A stretch of 63,777 bases of DNA, the filler included, from Collodictyon triciliatum (lineage: Eukaryota), in the NCBI GenBank assembly GCA_043381765.1. It is 6 parts of 6 records of this genome, joined end to end, with 100 filler letters (N's around TTAATTAATTAA, not from the genome) between each part and the next. Parts side by side here need not be neighbours in the genome. Positions count along the whole stretch, not along the records: positions 38,894 to 51,734 come from JBHJMP010002087.1; positions 51,835 to 60,472 come from JBHJMP010002170.1; positions 60,573 to 63,777 come from JBHJMP010002197.1; 3 more parts are not named here. One strand, given 5' to 3'. A program made the translations under genes and the position numbers. Under the pieces are notes generated by a model. The model searched no databases. It was given only the letters and a program-made list of their open reading frames with translations, and was not told where the DNA came from. The first letter of the stretch is position 1. Each line of letters begins with the position of its first letter. Below are positions 46,628-60,809 of this stretch, in pieces.

Positions 46628-46800
46628 TTGTTCTTGTTCTTGGTCTTGTTCTTGTTCTTGTTCTTGTTCTTGTTCTTGTTCTTATTCTTGTTCTTGTTCT
46701 TGTTCTTGTTCTTGGTCTTGTTCTTGTTCTTGTTCTTGTTCTTGTTCTTGTTCTTGTTCTTGTTCTTGTTCTTGTTCTTATTCTTGTTCTTGTTCTTTCT
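46628..46800. repeat. (CTTGTT)n microsatellite
   Basis: Direct inspection. Confidence 0.95.
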
Positions 46801-46883
46801 TTTTTTTTTTTTTATTCTCGTGGTGTGTTTGTTCATTGTCTGACGCGGGTGTCTTATCTTTTCACTATTCTGTGCGATATAGA

Positions 46884-49800
46884 ATGCCGCCCAAGTTTGC
46901 TGACCGATTCCGCCAAACTGTGTCTTCTGCGTCGAGTTCCTCTGCACTGTTGTCAGGTAATTGTTCTTTTCTTCTTCTTTATTTCAGTATATTTTTCTAC
47001 TTGGTGACTGAGAGCTCGGACAAAGTTGATGTCACAAGTCTTGAAAGCTTACGTAAAATATTGGGCTGAGACATTGTAGAGATAAGAAGAAAGATAGAAT
47101 AAAAACAAAACGGAAAGCATAATTGCAGTGTATACTGAAGGGGAATATGTCAACCAGTTCAAGATATAACATTTCAGACGATGGAAAATCTGAGTGCCCT
47201 AGATGAATCGCTTCCTGTCAATTGAACTTTTAAATAGGAGCCTTTCAAAAAGAAGTTTTCAAAATACCATGATAATCATAAACATATATGCCACAGAGTC
47301 TGCAGACTTCACCATCGAGTCCAATCGCCACCTTCCAAAATCCTTACACCGATCGGCGTGAGTATATCACGCTCTGGATAACATGTGTTATACAAAACAT
47401 GCTTGCCCAACGTTATGTTTTTTTTTTACCATGCAATTTAGTCACAAATGAACCTTTAGCCCCGCTCCAAGTGAGTTTGCTGTGGTCCGAGCATCCGATA
47501 TTAGAAGAATTCGGAATGCAATATCTGAAGTGAAACATGAAGACGAATTTGAGTTGCGAGAGAAACAAGTGAGTTTTGTTATAAATATTGCTTTTTCATG
47601 TGGATTGCCTCATACTATCTCTTCTATGTGTAAAACCAGAATCAATCCCGACTAATTGGATGAGATAATCAAATCGGTATGAATACTAAATCTTTGATAT
47701 TATCAGAGACTTGCAGACCATTTGAAGTCACTGGAGCGATCAAAAATGTGGCCTGATACGCTTGAAAACCAGAGAGAGATAAAGATACGAAAGTCCAAAG
47801 AAAGGGCTGAAGCTGAGGAAGAAGAGAGATTGAAAATAGACAGAGAGGAATCCTTATATCAAGTATCATTCACTTTCCAATTAACACTCTACTTCCTTCT
47901 TCTTTGAATCGAATAAAGGAAAAAAAAAACACTCTACTTTCTTAAAGGCAGATAAATAAAATATTATATTTATATCAATTCACAGAGTCACTATTTTCTC
48001 ACACAAGGAATTAATTATGATTTGTAGGAAGAGTTGAAAAGAGAGATGAATGAAAAGGCATGGAAAATGCTGCAGCAACAGTCTGTTGGAATGAGACAAC
48101 TGCAAAGCAAACAGCTGCTTTGTGACGTCCTAGAAGTATGAAACTTATACATATCGAAGCAAAAATATACTCGATGATTTGCTCTAATGGTATACATATA
48201 TATGTATGATAGCATCTGGTATTAGTAATCACGCACTATTGACGGCTAGGAAAGAGACGCTCAGAAAGAGCTTGCCAAGCAGATCGAAGAAAGAAGAAAG
48301 AGAGAGCATGATGAATGGGTTCAAAAAGAAAAAGAAAGAGCCAAGCAGGAAGCTGAGAAGCTAAACGGACGTGACACAGTTAGTCTGCAAAAAAAGATTG
48401 ATTACGCAAAGGCCTTAGAGGAGCAACAGCACGAAATTGTCAAGAAGGCAATTGAAGAGAAAAAGGTTATCCCTGTTTTATTTCTCCTCCTTCTGTGTGC
48501 TATACTATTTTGCAATACGATTATTTTTTTTAAATATTACTCATGAATCCCTATTAACCACAGGGTATAATACAAATAAAGATAGTTTGTGAACAAAATA
48601 AGCACGAAATATATGACATACCATTTCAATCATTAGAAAGCAATAGAAGAAAAGAAACAGATTGAGGATTTAGTTCAAAAAGCGACACAAGAGGAGCAGG
48701 CAAAGTTGCAAGAAAAAAGAAGCAGAAATGTCCAGGCATTAGAAGAAACGAGAATATTAGACGAAATGAAAAAGGTAAACTTTTCTTTACTTTTCTGAGA
48801 AAAAGGGCAGGTATATACAGCCTGGAAATGTCGCAGCATTTTCAAAGTATACAAGGGCAGTGGATGAAATTAAAATAGAACAAAAAAAAACTTTTATAGG
48901 AAATTGAAAGTCGAAAGGACGAGAACGAACAAAGAGAATATGAAACAAGCTTAAAATATGTGGAGCGCAAAAACAGGATTGAAACCAGACGCAAGGAGAT
49001 GGAAAGGAAGGAAATTCAGTGAGTATTCGCCACCCTAACTGATTGGTTATTTGTTTTTTCGATGGCTATCCACGCCACTACATTTTACAATAAACAAAAG
49101 GAACGTACAAACACTTGACTGAGTTTTATATGACTGAGAAATCAATTTAAACACGTACTAGGAAACGCGAAGATAGGAATCAGTACCTTCTGGATAATTA
49201 TCACGAGACTGCTGCCCAGAAACGGGCAGCTGAAGAGGAAAGACTAGCGAAATACAACCAGGAAAAAGAAGAGGAATGGCAGAGGAAGCGAGAAAAGGAA
49301 GAGCAGAAACGAATTCAAACAAATATGGTATGACAAGAATGTACATCATGCCATATTAATGAAAACCTCACAAACAGAAAATGCAAATACTTTTGAATTC
49401 AAGCCGCCCATTCGATAGCAAAATATATCTAATTCTATCGTTGATTATTCGCTCGTAAAAATAAATGATTAAATAATTCAAAAAATACAGTCCTTAAAAT
49501 AATAATCAAATGTTTTACTGAGTATATTATTGTTTTGAATTGAAGGAACTTGACCAAGCTCACCAATTCCAACTGGCACAAAAGCACCGGAAGAAACAGT
49601 CTACAAAAGAACACGAACAGAAAATGAAAGAAATCATTGAGGGCCAATACGAAGAGGCACGTCTTGAAGAAGAAGCTATAGAGCAAGCCAAAGTACAAAA
49701 GGCACAGAAGATAAACCACTTCAACTCAAACCAGAAGGTACATCACCATCGTCTGAGTGATACACCCTTCTTCTGGCTAGAAAATAAGATCAATACTGCA

Positions 49801-50174
49801 TACACACAGACGAAAAAAACCGATTTCTGTTTCCTTTTTCTCCTCTTATGATGTATCTACTTGACGAAGCCACCATTGAAGGAGTAGTCATATACCTTTA
49901 CAATTCAATGATTGCGTATGGATTTACAATTTTTCAGCAAAAATACATGATTAACAAACAATCACCTATCTAGGCACAAAGAGACCATTTGGACAGACAA
50001 GCACGCGAGGAGGAATTACGGCAGGATATGTTAATCAGCGAGTCTATCCAGCTGGGCGATAAGGCTGTGGAGCAATACGTCAGCAGTATGACACAGAAGC
50101 TCGCCTTGGAAGGTAAGCAGACTTCCCCTATGAGAAGAATCGACCCGGGTTATCGCATCATCATTCCGTCATGA
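46884..50174 (+). CDS. CFAP210: Axonemal coiled-coil microtubule inner protein, CFAP210/CCDC173-like (TPH family)
   Basis: HLKSLERSKMWPDTLENQREIK...EEEERLKIDREE...AWKMLQQQSVGMRQLQSKQLLCDVLEERDAQ follows the FAP210 N-terminal pattern, followed by a long E/K/R/Q coiled coil. Confidence 0.75.
47883..47943 (+). mobile_element. Family A retroelement 3' stub in a CFAP210 intron with 16-bp TSD (1 mismatch)
   Basis: AACACTCTACTTYCTT at 47883-47898 and 47928-47943 flanks CTTCTTTGAATCGAATAAAGG-A(n). Confidence 0.8.
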
Positions 50175-50406
50175 GCCTCTGTCGGAGGAAAGAAAGAAAG
50201 AACCAGAAAAAACCCCCCAAAGACATATCAAGCAGCAAAACATAAATACATTCTCTTCCTATCCATTAGTTTTTCTTTTCCTTTTGAAACAACAGCCATT
50301 AAACGAATACTATAAATGAAATATTTGCCTCTGCTTACATTTTTGCTTCCGCTTTTGTCTATTCATATTCATATTCATTTTTTTTTTTTTTTGTATTTGC
50401 TAAATT

Positions 50407-50443
<37 letters not shown>

Positions 50444-51004
50444 AATAATATCACTGTACTTCCATGAATTCTCTGTCCTGTCAATTTTCTACGTTTTCTT
50501 TCGAATTGAAATGGTCTAATGCTGTTCTCCGTGATATCCTCCGTGTCTTGTGAATGAGTTAGGTCTGTAAATTGAACTCTATGAAGTCTTATGTTGATTA
50601 ATCTGTACAATAATTTGTATATTTACCTTACAAACACTGATGTTACTACCTAAATAACAAGAAATGAACACACACACACACACACACAAAAAAAAAACAA
50701 ATAAAAAGACAGTTAAGAAGGTAGAAGTATTGGTTTCAATTATCTTTGTTTGGTCACCCCGGATTTTCGACATATATGTAAATAAGCGTCTCTGAAGTCA
50801 ACACAGCACAGAGCGATGAAAACGGGAGGATTTTTTTTTTTTTAAAAAAAAAACAGATTACACAGATAATCGCCTCCAACACAAAGAAAGAAATATAAAT
50901 ATACATTTAGACGCAAAAAGAGCACACACACAACTTTCATCTGCAGTCGAAACGTTTATTCTCTCGCTCATCACTCATCACCCAACACTCTCGCTCATCA
51001 CTCA

Positions 51005-51734
51005 TCACTCATCCTGGGCACGAGCAAGCCACAAACCAGCACGGACAGCATCTGCCTGGACTCCGAGGCCGGCCTCATAGCATCGTGACATTGCCCGAGC
51101 CTGGAAGCGCGTGACAGCACGGGCCTCGCAGAAGGCAACAAAGTCCGGGTCCATCGAGACAGCACCGCGGCGAAGCAGGAGCCGCTTGTTGGAGGGCGAT
51201 ATGGAGACGACGCCAGCGAGCCGAATGGGACTTTGAATCAGCGACTTGGGTGATGATGATGACGATGATGACGATGATGAAGATGACGAAGTGGAGAGGT
51301 AGGGAGAGAGGGCCACAGTGCGGTCATCACTGGCCGACGCAAGACACGGACCGAGGAGGGCAAGCGCATAGACGGCCTGCGCATGCGGGGCAAAGCGGCG
51401 GACTTCAGCGCCCACAGCCACGTCCCACAGGCGGACAGCCGTGTCCGAGTGGCCCGAGTCGCACCCGAACGAGCCGCCGCCCGAGACGAGCCAGCAGCCG
51501 GGCCCAGACGCCGAAGCAGACGCGAGGCAGTAGACGGAGCTGCCGTGGCCGCGCAGCGTCTTGACCGGCGAGCCCAGCACGTAGTCCCAGACGCGGATGG
51601 ACCTGTCATTCCCGCCTGCCGCAAGCCACGCCTCGCCGCTCGGCCCGCGCAGCGCACACACGGCATAGACGTACGCCGTCCGCTGGGGCAGAGTCCGGAC
51701 CAGCCGCTGCTTGCCAACGTCCCACACGCGCACA
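51005..51734 (-). CDS. WD40-repeat protein C-terminus ending in a SEL1-like repeat (5' truncated)
   Basis: LAAGGNDRSIRVWD, LRGHGSSVYCLA, DTAVRLWD and LASASDDRTV, then C-terminal RCYEAGLGVQADAVRAGLWLARA. Confidence 0.85.
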
Positions 51735-51834
51735 NNNNNNNNNNNNNNNNNNNNNNNNNNNNNNNNNNNNNNNNNNNNTTAATTAATTAANNNNNNNNNN
51801 NNNNNNNNNNNNNNNNNNNNNNNNNNNNNNNNNN
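51735..51834. other. Artificial contig linker
   Basis: N44-TTAATTAATTAA-N44. Confidence 0.97.
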
Positions 51835-51840
51835 TTATTT

Positions 51841-51904
<64 letters not shown>

Positions 51905-51929
51905 TTTGTTCTTTTTTTTTTTTTTTTTT

Positions 51930-51952
51930 AATTTTTGTGGGTTTTTTTTTTT

Positions 51953-51986
<34 letters not shown>

Positions 51987-54900
51987 GGTTATCATGTGCC
52001 CAAGGAGGTGTAATCGGTCGCGAAAGGGAAGATGAAGTATTTTGAAATAAATCATGGTTATATTCGGATGCCAGGTGGTCATTGATGAAAATTAAGTTTA
52101 TGTATCATAATCAGATATAAATATAGGGAACCTGTATTTCAGACCGTAAGCCCCAGGGTGGTGTGAGATTGTCCAAGAATGATTTATCAACCTGCATCCC
52201 ATGAATAGATTAGAAGATAGCGATTGATGTGATGTTGAAAGTCTATTTATAAAGATATCCTTAACACCAACATAAGAAACATCAGGATATGATATTAAGG
52301 ACCACTTCTAGTAAAATTGGTGCCGTACTTTTGATGCATCGAGTCCTGTCTGTTCCAAAATTTGTTTCAGGAAATGGATAATGAATAATCCACAATCAAA
52401 ATAATTCGTTTGCTTTGGTGCCTATTATCGAATTCAATTTAAAAAATCAGTTAAGAATCAAGCATCTGTTTGTTATTTTGGAAAGAATTACGCCTCGAGA
52501 TTCATCAAATGCGATTTGGAATAGACAGATATGTTACATTTGGAACAAAGAAGGGCAGTTTGTTCGCAATTTCAGAGCTATTTTCATTTATCACCGCAAT
52601 ACGAACTAAAAACCTGGTGTAATGAATAATAATATCATTGTCATCCTTGTAAATAGAATTTAATCATTGAATTTTTGTAATTTTTATTTTCTATCTGATG
52701 CTTTATCCAAAAAGAAAGAAAGAAAAACATTGACAAAATACTGAGGAAACAGACTCTCTAACATTGGACAATACAGTTTCAGGCTCGGTTCTGAAGAAAA
52801 CGAGAAAAAGCATATCAGTTTGATATTTGTCTCATTCACAAGATTTTCCCTGTTTTTCAGATTGAAAGTATCTCTGAATTTATTTCATGTTTAAACTATG
52901 AGACATACATGAAACCTTCCAGTGAGTCAAAATATACAATTCCTGAATACATTCCAGGGATGCTTAGTCTTGGGTTAAGGACGCACACAAGAACCCAGTG
53001 AAGTCTGTTAGGTTATAGAAGAGAAAATCCAACGAACATTTAAAGACTATTAAGCTATGACATCATATGTTCATTGTCAAAATGTTTGGGCTGCTATTGA
53101 ACCAAAATTCTTACTCTATATGAACTGGAATGGCTATAACAATATTGTCAAAAAAGGATTTATCAGCGAGTTGACCCCATCTCTTTATAGTGGAAAACTG
53201 TTTCGGCTGTAGCAAGTAATATTGGTAAATATTTTAAATTATAAAGAAAAGAAAAGAAAACTATATTTTTAACATACCTTGTCGCTCAAGTTCATAGAAT
53301 AAAAGAATGTATTAAAGCTTTTGGTCAAGAATCCTCCATCTCCATAATGCTTTCGTCTCAGGTAACTTTTTGTAAAAAAAAAAAAAAAAGGAATAAATTG
53401 GAAATTTTTGTCTGTTAGAGAATCAATGAGAACAATAAAAGGGACACCATGGTACATATGTAAAGACATTGTGTAATATATATATATAATATGTATGCTG
53501 GTGTTTTAAGTCCAGTCTTTTTATAGGCACATCACAAAATATAATTTTATTTTTGAATGTATACAATGTGTGTGCTAAGGAACTCACTGAAACATGAAAT
53601 TTATTACATTGTCCAAAATGAACTCACTACTTTCTAAAGATTTATACTCTTGTGCAGTTATCCTTTTCGTTTTCAACATATGAATTTTTGTTATTAAATA
53701 GAGAATTTTATGATTTAAATTCAATCATAATTAATAATGATAATAACTGTAGAGAAATTATCGAATCTATCAAAAGAGTTCATATGTGTTATTATTGTAC
53801 CTCACACTATCGCTACTTTCTGGTCGATATGTAAACATGGGTTCATGGTCTGGTGAGGAAATCAAGAACGTGTGTTCTTTTTTGTCACTAGTATTGCATT
53901 TTGTCATAAAATTATTTTGTAGTATATCATTTTATTCACTCATTTGTCTCTTATAAACGCTACCCAATATTCCAATCTTCTTGGTCCTTGGAATTTAAAA
54001 AGAAGAAGCTCTTCTTGCTGATATGAGTACAATAAAGAATAATAGGAGCACAAGCAGTTTTTAGAAAAATTAAAAATTAATCTATTGGACAGTAATAGGG
54101 ATATTGAATAATGATAGTGATAGTGATAGTGATAGTGATAGTGATAGTGATAGTGATAGTGATAGTGATAGTGATAGTGATAGTGATAGTGATAGTGATA
54201 GTGATAGTGATATGGAGGTTAATCAAGTGGGAAAATAGGAGTATGTATAACTATCAAAGTACATAACAAAGCAAAATAAAAGATGAGCATATATTTACAT
54301 ATATGCATATTAGATGGGGAAAATGCACAGTGCCTTGATAAATTTAAAGATTGTTTAATAGGTCCTGCAGTGTTAGGGTTTATAGGGGAAAAGCATACCC
54401 CAAAGTTTTTCGGGAAAGCTTCACATTGTGCACGCTCAGTATCTTTCGAAGAATCTTAATATGGCTTCTGAAATGGCTAGGCTCTTTAACTCTGAGAATC
54501 ATTTCTTTTCAAAGTGAAAGATAATATTTATAATGAAAGAAACACTGGTTACACATATTTTCAGATAAGAGAGGCAATTGTCATGCAAAAAAAAAAAAAT
54601 GGAAAGAAATAAAAAAAAATACTGTGTGGTTCTAAGTTTGGAGACTTGAAGAAAAAAAAAAGGAACCTTGATCGATCATATTTGTGTCCCTCATCGTAAA
54701 GTCTGGAGATTTCAAATATATAAAAAGGATCATCATGTCGCATTCATCCACCTACAGAAGGTATATTTAAACGGGATGTTCTTTTTTCTTTCCTTTATCA
54801 AAAACATACACCGATGAAATTGAATAGTGGCTATACTTTACTATCATTTGAGAGCAGTTATAGAGAACATGTGGCCATATTACAAAATGATACAAACATA

Positions 54901-56016
54901 TGATATTTCTGTAATTAATTGCACGTCTCCCTCGTCGCTGAATTCACTTTCAAACCGAAACGTGGTTTCCTTTCCATATGGGATATGTTACAATTTTGAT
55001 TGCAACATGCTTCACTTGGAATTTGAACGAAATAATGATGCAATAATCCATCATATAAAGTTTTATAAATAAAATTACATATGGGCTTCCCTCTTTTTAT
55101 AAAAATGAGTATTAACGGAATATATGAGTGGATGAAATTACAATACCGAAATCTTGAATATACCACCCGGAGATAAAATTGTGATAGAGCCCTTCTTGTC
55201 CACTATCGAAGAAACAATGTCAAACACAAGTGGCTCTGAAAAGTCAAAGCTATCTGCCTCGGTTCCTTTTATAAGAGAAAATTAATAACATATTTTCAAC
55301 TTAACTCGTAAGTCTTTTTTTTTTTTTTTTCGTCGATTTTTTTTTTCCGCTTCATAAACCGATCAAATGAGTTGTTATGTGTAAATAGACATGTTAAAAT
55401 AATGAAATGAAGATTCAGCAAGATGATATAATGTATTTTAATCTGTTTATAGAAATGTTATGTGTTAGCAAATTGCTCGTTCTAATTGCGCGGTTATAAA
55501 ACCTGATGCAGTGATGGTCCCTGTCTCCGCATCACTGTCATCGTCCAAATCTATTGGTTCGTTTCGAGCCATTACGACATGGTGCGAAAGAGATGGAGGT
55601 GATGCGCGCATATTCGTAGATGTTCTGATAGCTGGACCCTTTTCGGACGGCAAGCCTGACTGCTGTGTTTTTGTTGAGGCTTTCTTAGCTGATGGACTGT
55701 CTTCGTTTGCATGTGGCTTTGTTTTTTGTGTTGACCCTGGAATTTATGTAAAGCAGCTACCGTTTATTATCAAGGCACAAAATGATAGCAGTAACAATTG
55801 ATATATATATATAAGTGTTAGGTTAGGGTCTTCCCCAACGACTTTCTCTTGTTTGAAGCTATGAAAAGGAAAATGCGTGTTTATTAAAATAGCAGTGAAA
55901 ACTTGGATCGATATATCCCTTTTATTCATCCAGCACGAGGTGTACAGACTTTGAGGTATATTTTTTATTTTATTTTATTTTTTACGTTTTGTCGTGGTTC
56001 CTGGCAAATCCTTCAT
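51930..56016 (-). CDS. Ulp2/SENP6-like SUMO protease (peptidase C48)
   Basis: EFILDNVINF, FNTFFY, LHWVLVCV (catalytic His), YFDSL (Asp) and PKQTNYFDCGLF (Gln, Cys). There is an N-terminal SIM-like PIDLDDDSD. Both ends are approximate. Confidence 0.88.
54113..54212. repeat. Intronic (GATAGT)n microsatellite
   Basis: Direct inspection. Confidence 0.95.
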
Positions 56017-57597
56017 CTCTTCCTTTCACAGGCTTGTTATTGCACTGGCCAGAACGCAGCTTGCCTTCTTGTCGAACAGGGAGGGATATGCGAAATGCAC
56101 AAGAAAATAACAGTTATATGGACTCGGAGTCTCTGTTTGCTCAGGGCAAGGTCAGTACTTTGCTTTGTGTGCTTTGCTTTGCTTTGTGCGCTTTGCTTGC
56201 TTTGTGGCTGTTTTCTCGTAAATGCTGGCAAACAGGAATCAAAGACAAAGCCCAACAAAGAGACAAGCAGGCAAGCAGAGCGAAGGCAGCCACCATTTAC
56301 GTGGCCGTGTTGGCGCAACGCTGCCATAAGGCCGCCGGAATGAAATGTTCGAATCCCGGTCGATGCATGTGCCAATGTCTACACGGCGCTTTTGGGGTTT
56401 TTTGCTTGTATGTTATGCGTGTGTCGTATAAGTGGATTCCAGTTCTCAAACTAATCTTTTGCAGATATTCTTAATTATATGTCCATTTTTTTAAAAAAAA
56501 AAATATAGTTAAAAAAAAATAAGCCCAAAAGAGAATGAAATCAGGAGTTGTAATGGAGAGGTAAATGTAAGTCAGTAGATGTAATTTTTCTACGATAGCC
56601 CTTTGTCAAATTGAATGTATAGCTATAAGACACTTCATAATCCAGATATTTAAGGAAACTGGTGTTTGGGACATGGCAAGGAGCAGATTTATAATATGTT
56701 GTCTAATATCTGGCAAAAAGTAAAAGAAGACCAGGGAGATAAGTATGGAAAACACTTATTTATTTTTATTTGGTCCTATATTTTTACTAATCTTACACGA
56801 CATTCAACTCGACGTATCAGTAATCACTCTTTGATAGGCAACACGTGGATATCCCAATAATAGCGATATTGTACCACGGTATCAATTTAATGGTAATATA
56901 CTATGAACGAATTTTTCAACCCCAGAAAAGTTTCAGATGGATGAATACACCGACTATTTTATTTATAGAAAAAGTATAACAGTAGATATATTGTGACAAA
57001 TAGAAGAAAAAAGAAAACAGCGTATCTTTAATTGACAATCATTGAATCGAGTAAATGAAAAATTACTTGCACTTACATTAACACAAAAATTACTTGGTAT
57101 TGTGCTGATACCGAGGAAACTGGGTTTGTCTAATAAACATATATTGCAACATTTCTACAAGAAAAAAAATCCTGTGAGTGACCTTACAGGTTAAGTTTTA
57201 GATGGCATCGTTACGATTTTAAAAGTTGATAAGAAGATAAATGAATGGTTTGAACATCAACCTGGATTTTATAGACAAAAAAAACCCCCTCCTACTCTTA
57301 ACAGTATCCAACTGCAAATTGTTTCCAGTCAAACACCCTCACGCCGAGGTATTAAAAACTTGTATATCAAAACCAGTAAAAATTGAGTGAACTGAGAAAG
57401 ATAGGAGAGGGAGTAGGTGAATTTTCTTAACATTCTATATCTATTGAATTTATGCAGAACATGTAAAGTAAATATTGATGATTTTTAGATTTAGATTATT
57501 TGGTGCCCACTACGACAGGTAAACAACTAATGACTCTTATGCATATGATAGAAATGATTGGCCTTTGGACAGAAGTAAACCGTTTTATTTTTACGAA

Positions 57598-59924
57598 TCA
57601 TTGTTGAAGAGGTACAACAAACTGTACAGGTACTTGTCGACGCATTGTCCCGCCTCTTTCACCCTCATCATCATCAAATTGAAGGACATAATCATGCAGT
57701 TTTTTCTGGAAAAGTTGTGATTTAGATAAGCAATTTCTACTCTTGGAATTTCAAATCTCATGTGCACAGAATGAGTCTAGTGTATCTCAATTGAAAGCAG
57801 TTTCGCATATAATTTAATGAAGAATGGAATGGCGAAAAAAAAAATCTAATTAAAAGACGGAATACCCTCCGTGGAGTCAAAATAACTCGCGCTCTATAAA
57901 AGCTTGTTGTTCCGGGGAAAAGGGCTAGAACATAAGTGTTCTTGGCAAACTCTGCTTGTGGAACTTGAGGCCAATTCTCTGGTTCATACTTTGGTAGAGG
58001 TATTACATTCTTTGCATTTATGTAGTAATGCCTATCAGATATAGAAGAGGTATGGATGAGCTCATAAAATATGAGGAATGCTATCAAATGATGGCGAAGT
58101 GGTATAGTTCTCACTATTATTGTAATAAGCTTCACATATTAATTTTGATTATTTTTATATAAAAATGTATTTTATTGTTGGCTGATTTTTAAAATTGAGA
58201 GTTGATTTTAAACTAATTTAAATACTTTCGATTTAAGATAGGGTTATCATCATCTCCTGGGTCTTCATCTTCAATTTCATACCTTTTGGGAATTTAGTTT
58301 GTTTATTGAACACGCAAAAATAGGTAAGGTGTTGACAGATATATATTCATAAATCTTCTAAAAATGAAACCACATCTTTTCAATATTCATCGAAGCAAGG
58401 AATCATGAAAAAAATTATAAAAAAGAAAAAAAAAACACTACCTCTGCCTTTCTGGAAAATACTTTACAACTTGTGCTAAAATCCATTCTGGATTTTCATA
58501 TCCTTTTTTCCCTTGAATTTTTGCAGCGACCTGTGTTAGATAAATTATGAGTCGGTCAAGTACTATAAATTTAAAGTGATTCTATTTGCTGCACATCTCA
58601 TGCAATTTTTTCCTTTTATTCGAACCAAGGAAGAGTATTTTTTGATATACTTCTTTTAATTGAAAAATCAACTATGCGGATCAATAATCAATGGGTCTAT
58701 TTTAGGTCATAAAATAAGGTATTATTATCCAAGAATAAGTCTACCAACCTGGTCTCCAATTGGTATGATATATCCAGGCGGAGGTGGTACTGACCCACAC
58801 AAAGCTGGTGGTGCGCTGTGCACAATAAAGGTATATTTTCATTTGGCAATAATGTGATAAATAATTTGATTTTTTCCTAGGGTTGGTAAAGGATATTCTG
58901 CTTATTGAAGTTAATGATTTGTATCGAATTGTTTCTTGACCCCTTTCCCTTCCATTTAATCAATTCCCGCATAAACCCTTCACTTTTCCGCTTTTTTAAT
59001 GGTGATTCATCTTCTGTTTCCTCTTCGTCACTTGTTTCTATCATGAATAGTAAAGTAGATTTAACATTCGCAAGGCTCAGAATAGCAAACTAAACCATGA
59101 TTTTAACGCAACTTTTGGTTGAGTATGACCAATTTTTGTAAAAATTGAAAGGATGATAAAAAAAATCGATCCGATAGATAAGTATCTCCAAAAAAGTTTA
59201 AAAAAACATAAGCAATACCGTTTGATGTTTTCGAGACATTCGTTTCCGCTACTTCACTGGGACCTATGTCTTCGCTCTCTTCTTGCCTCAATGACTCAAG
59301 TTTTATTAGGCACTCTCCTAAGCACCTAAATACAAAATACATATTAATAAGTTACTATAAATAATTTTGTTTCATATTCAAATCTTCCGGATGAAAATTT
59401 ATCTGGTATTTGAGATGATTATGTGTCCTTGCTCGGTGAATGTATTTGCACCCAAAGATAAAAAAAAAATTACTCTATCTCTTTTTGTGCTGCTCTCTGA
59501 CAGTCCTCATACATTCGTATTATTCTGCCTCGCTCTCTCTCATTGGAGAAAAACTCTTTAAAACGGAGTATGAACGATTTTGAGAAGTTAAGTATATTTG
59601 AAATAATTAATTCACATCATATTAGATTTTTATAATGAGGGAGTAAGAGAATTATGCCATCATTGAAATCATAAGAATTATCATCAGTATCTTGTGTAAA
59701 TAGTTATTGCATTATGTTTACTTTATTATTAGTAATTTTGTAAACATGTTATCAGAAAGTGCATATGAAAAAAAAATCAATCATTACAATAGGCCTTTCT
59801 GAAACATACCCGTTTTCTGAGACCCAGACAACGCTTTCACAATCTTGTCAAGAGCCGACTCACATTCTTTATGTGATTGCTCAGCCCTCTTGGCTCTCCC
59901 TATAAAGTCTCTCGCTGCTTCCAT
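57598..59924 (-). CDS. SGF29: SAGA-associated factor 29 (double Tudor)
   Basis: PPALCGSVP...GDQVAAK, EWILAQV, YEIEDEDP, VLALFPGTTSFYRA and DYVLQFDDDE, plus an N-terminal coiled coil. Confidence 0.9.
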
Positions 59925-60051
59925 CACTGACTTTGACACAAAAATCGAGAGAAATCCTAAAGTGTGGTGAAGAGAAGAGAATGAGCTCTATTGCCGTAGA
60001 GCCTTTCTTTACATATCTATCAGGTGAATAACACTTTATCGCAGGGTTATA

Positions 60052-60053
60052 GC

Positions 60054-60084
<31 letters not shown>

Positions 60085-60380
60085 TAAACAACATAAACAA
60101 CATAAACAACATAAACAACATAAACAACATAAACAACATAAACAACAACATAAACAACAACAACATAAACAACAACAACATAAACAACAACAACAACATA
60201 AACAACAACAACAACATAAACAACAACAACAACAACATAAACAACATAAACAACATAAACAACATAAATAACATAAATAACAACATAAACAACAACATAA
60301 ACAACATAAACAACATAAACAACATAAACAACATAAACAACATAAACAACATAAACAACATAAACAACATAAACAACACG
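60052..60380. repeat. (AAC)n/(AACAACATA)n compound microsatellite
   Basis: Direct inspection. Confidence 0.95.
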
Positions 60381-60472
60381 CATAAAAGCGCTTGATCAAT
60401 AGTGATTCTTCTCTCTCGACCAAACCTAGATTGTATTTTGGGGCGTTGTGTCCCTCCCATTGTGCCGCACGG

Positions 60473-60572
60473 NNNNNNNNNNNNNNNNNNNNNNNNNNNN
60501 NNNNNNNNNNNNNNNNTTAATTAATTAANNNNNNNNNNNNNNNNNNNNNNNNNNNNNNNNNNNNNNNNNNNN
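60473..60572. other. Artificial contig linker
   Basis: N44-TTAATTAATTAA-N44. Confidence 0.97.
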
Positions 60573-60809
60573 TTTTGTTTTTTTGTTTTTTTGTTTTTTT
60601 GTTTTTTTTGTTTTTTTTGTTTTTTGTTTTTGGCTAGTAAAACAGCAAAATTGAGGACAAATGCGAGTCACCAGCAAATTTGTTACAACGCACGCACCCT
60701 GGACGGAACCGAAGGGAGCGGCCAGTTCCAAAGAAAAATAAGAGTTTTCAGGGAGAACAAAGCAGCACAGAGGCACAAAGACGACAAAAAGCAAGCAAAG
60801 CAAACAGAC

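Noticed and set aside
56535-56880. Possible small + strand gene between the SUMO protease and SGF29
   Set aside because: I could not build a phase-consistent exon chain or recognise a motif.
58606-58630. TTTTTTCCTTTTATTCGAACCAAGG as another family A stub
   Set aside because: It has several mismatches and no TSD. It may be an old copy but is not supportable.
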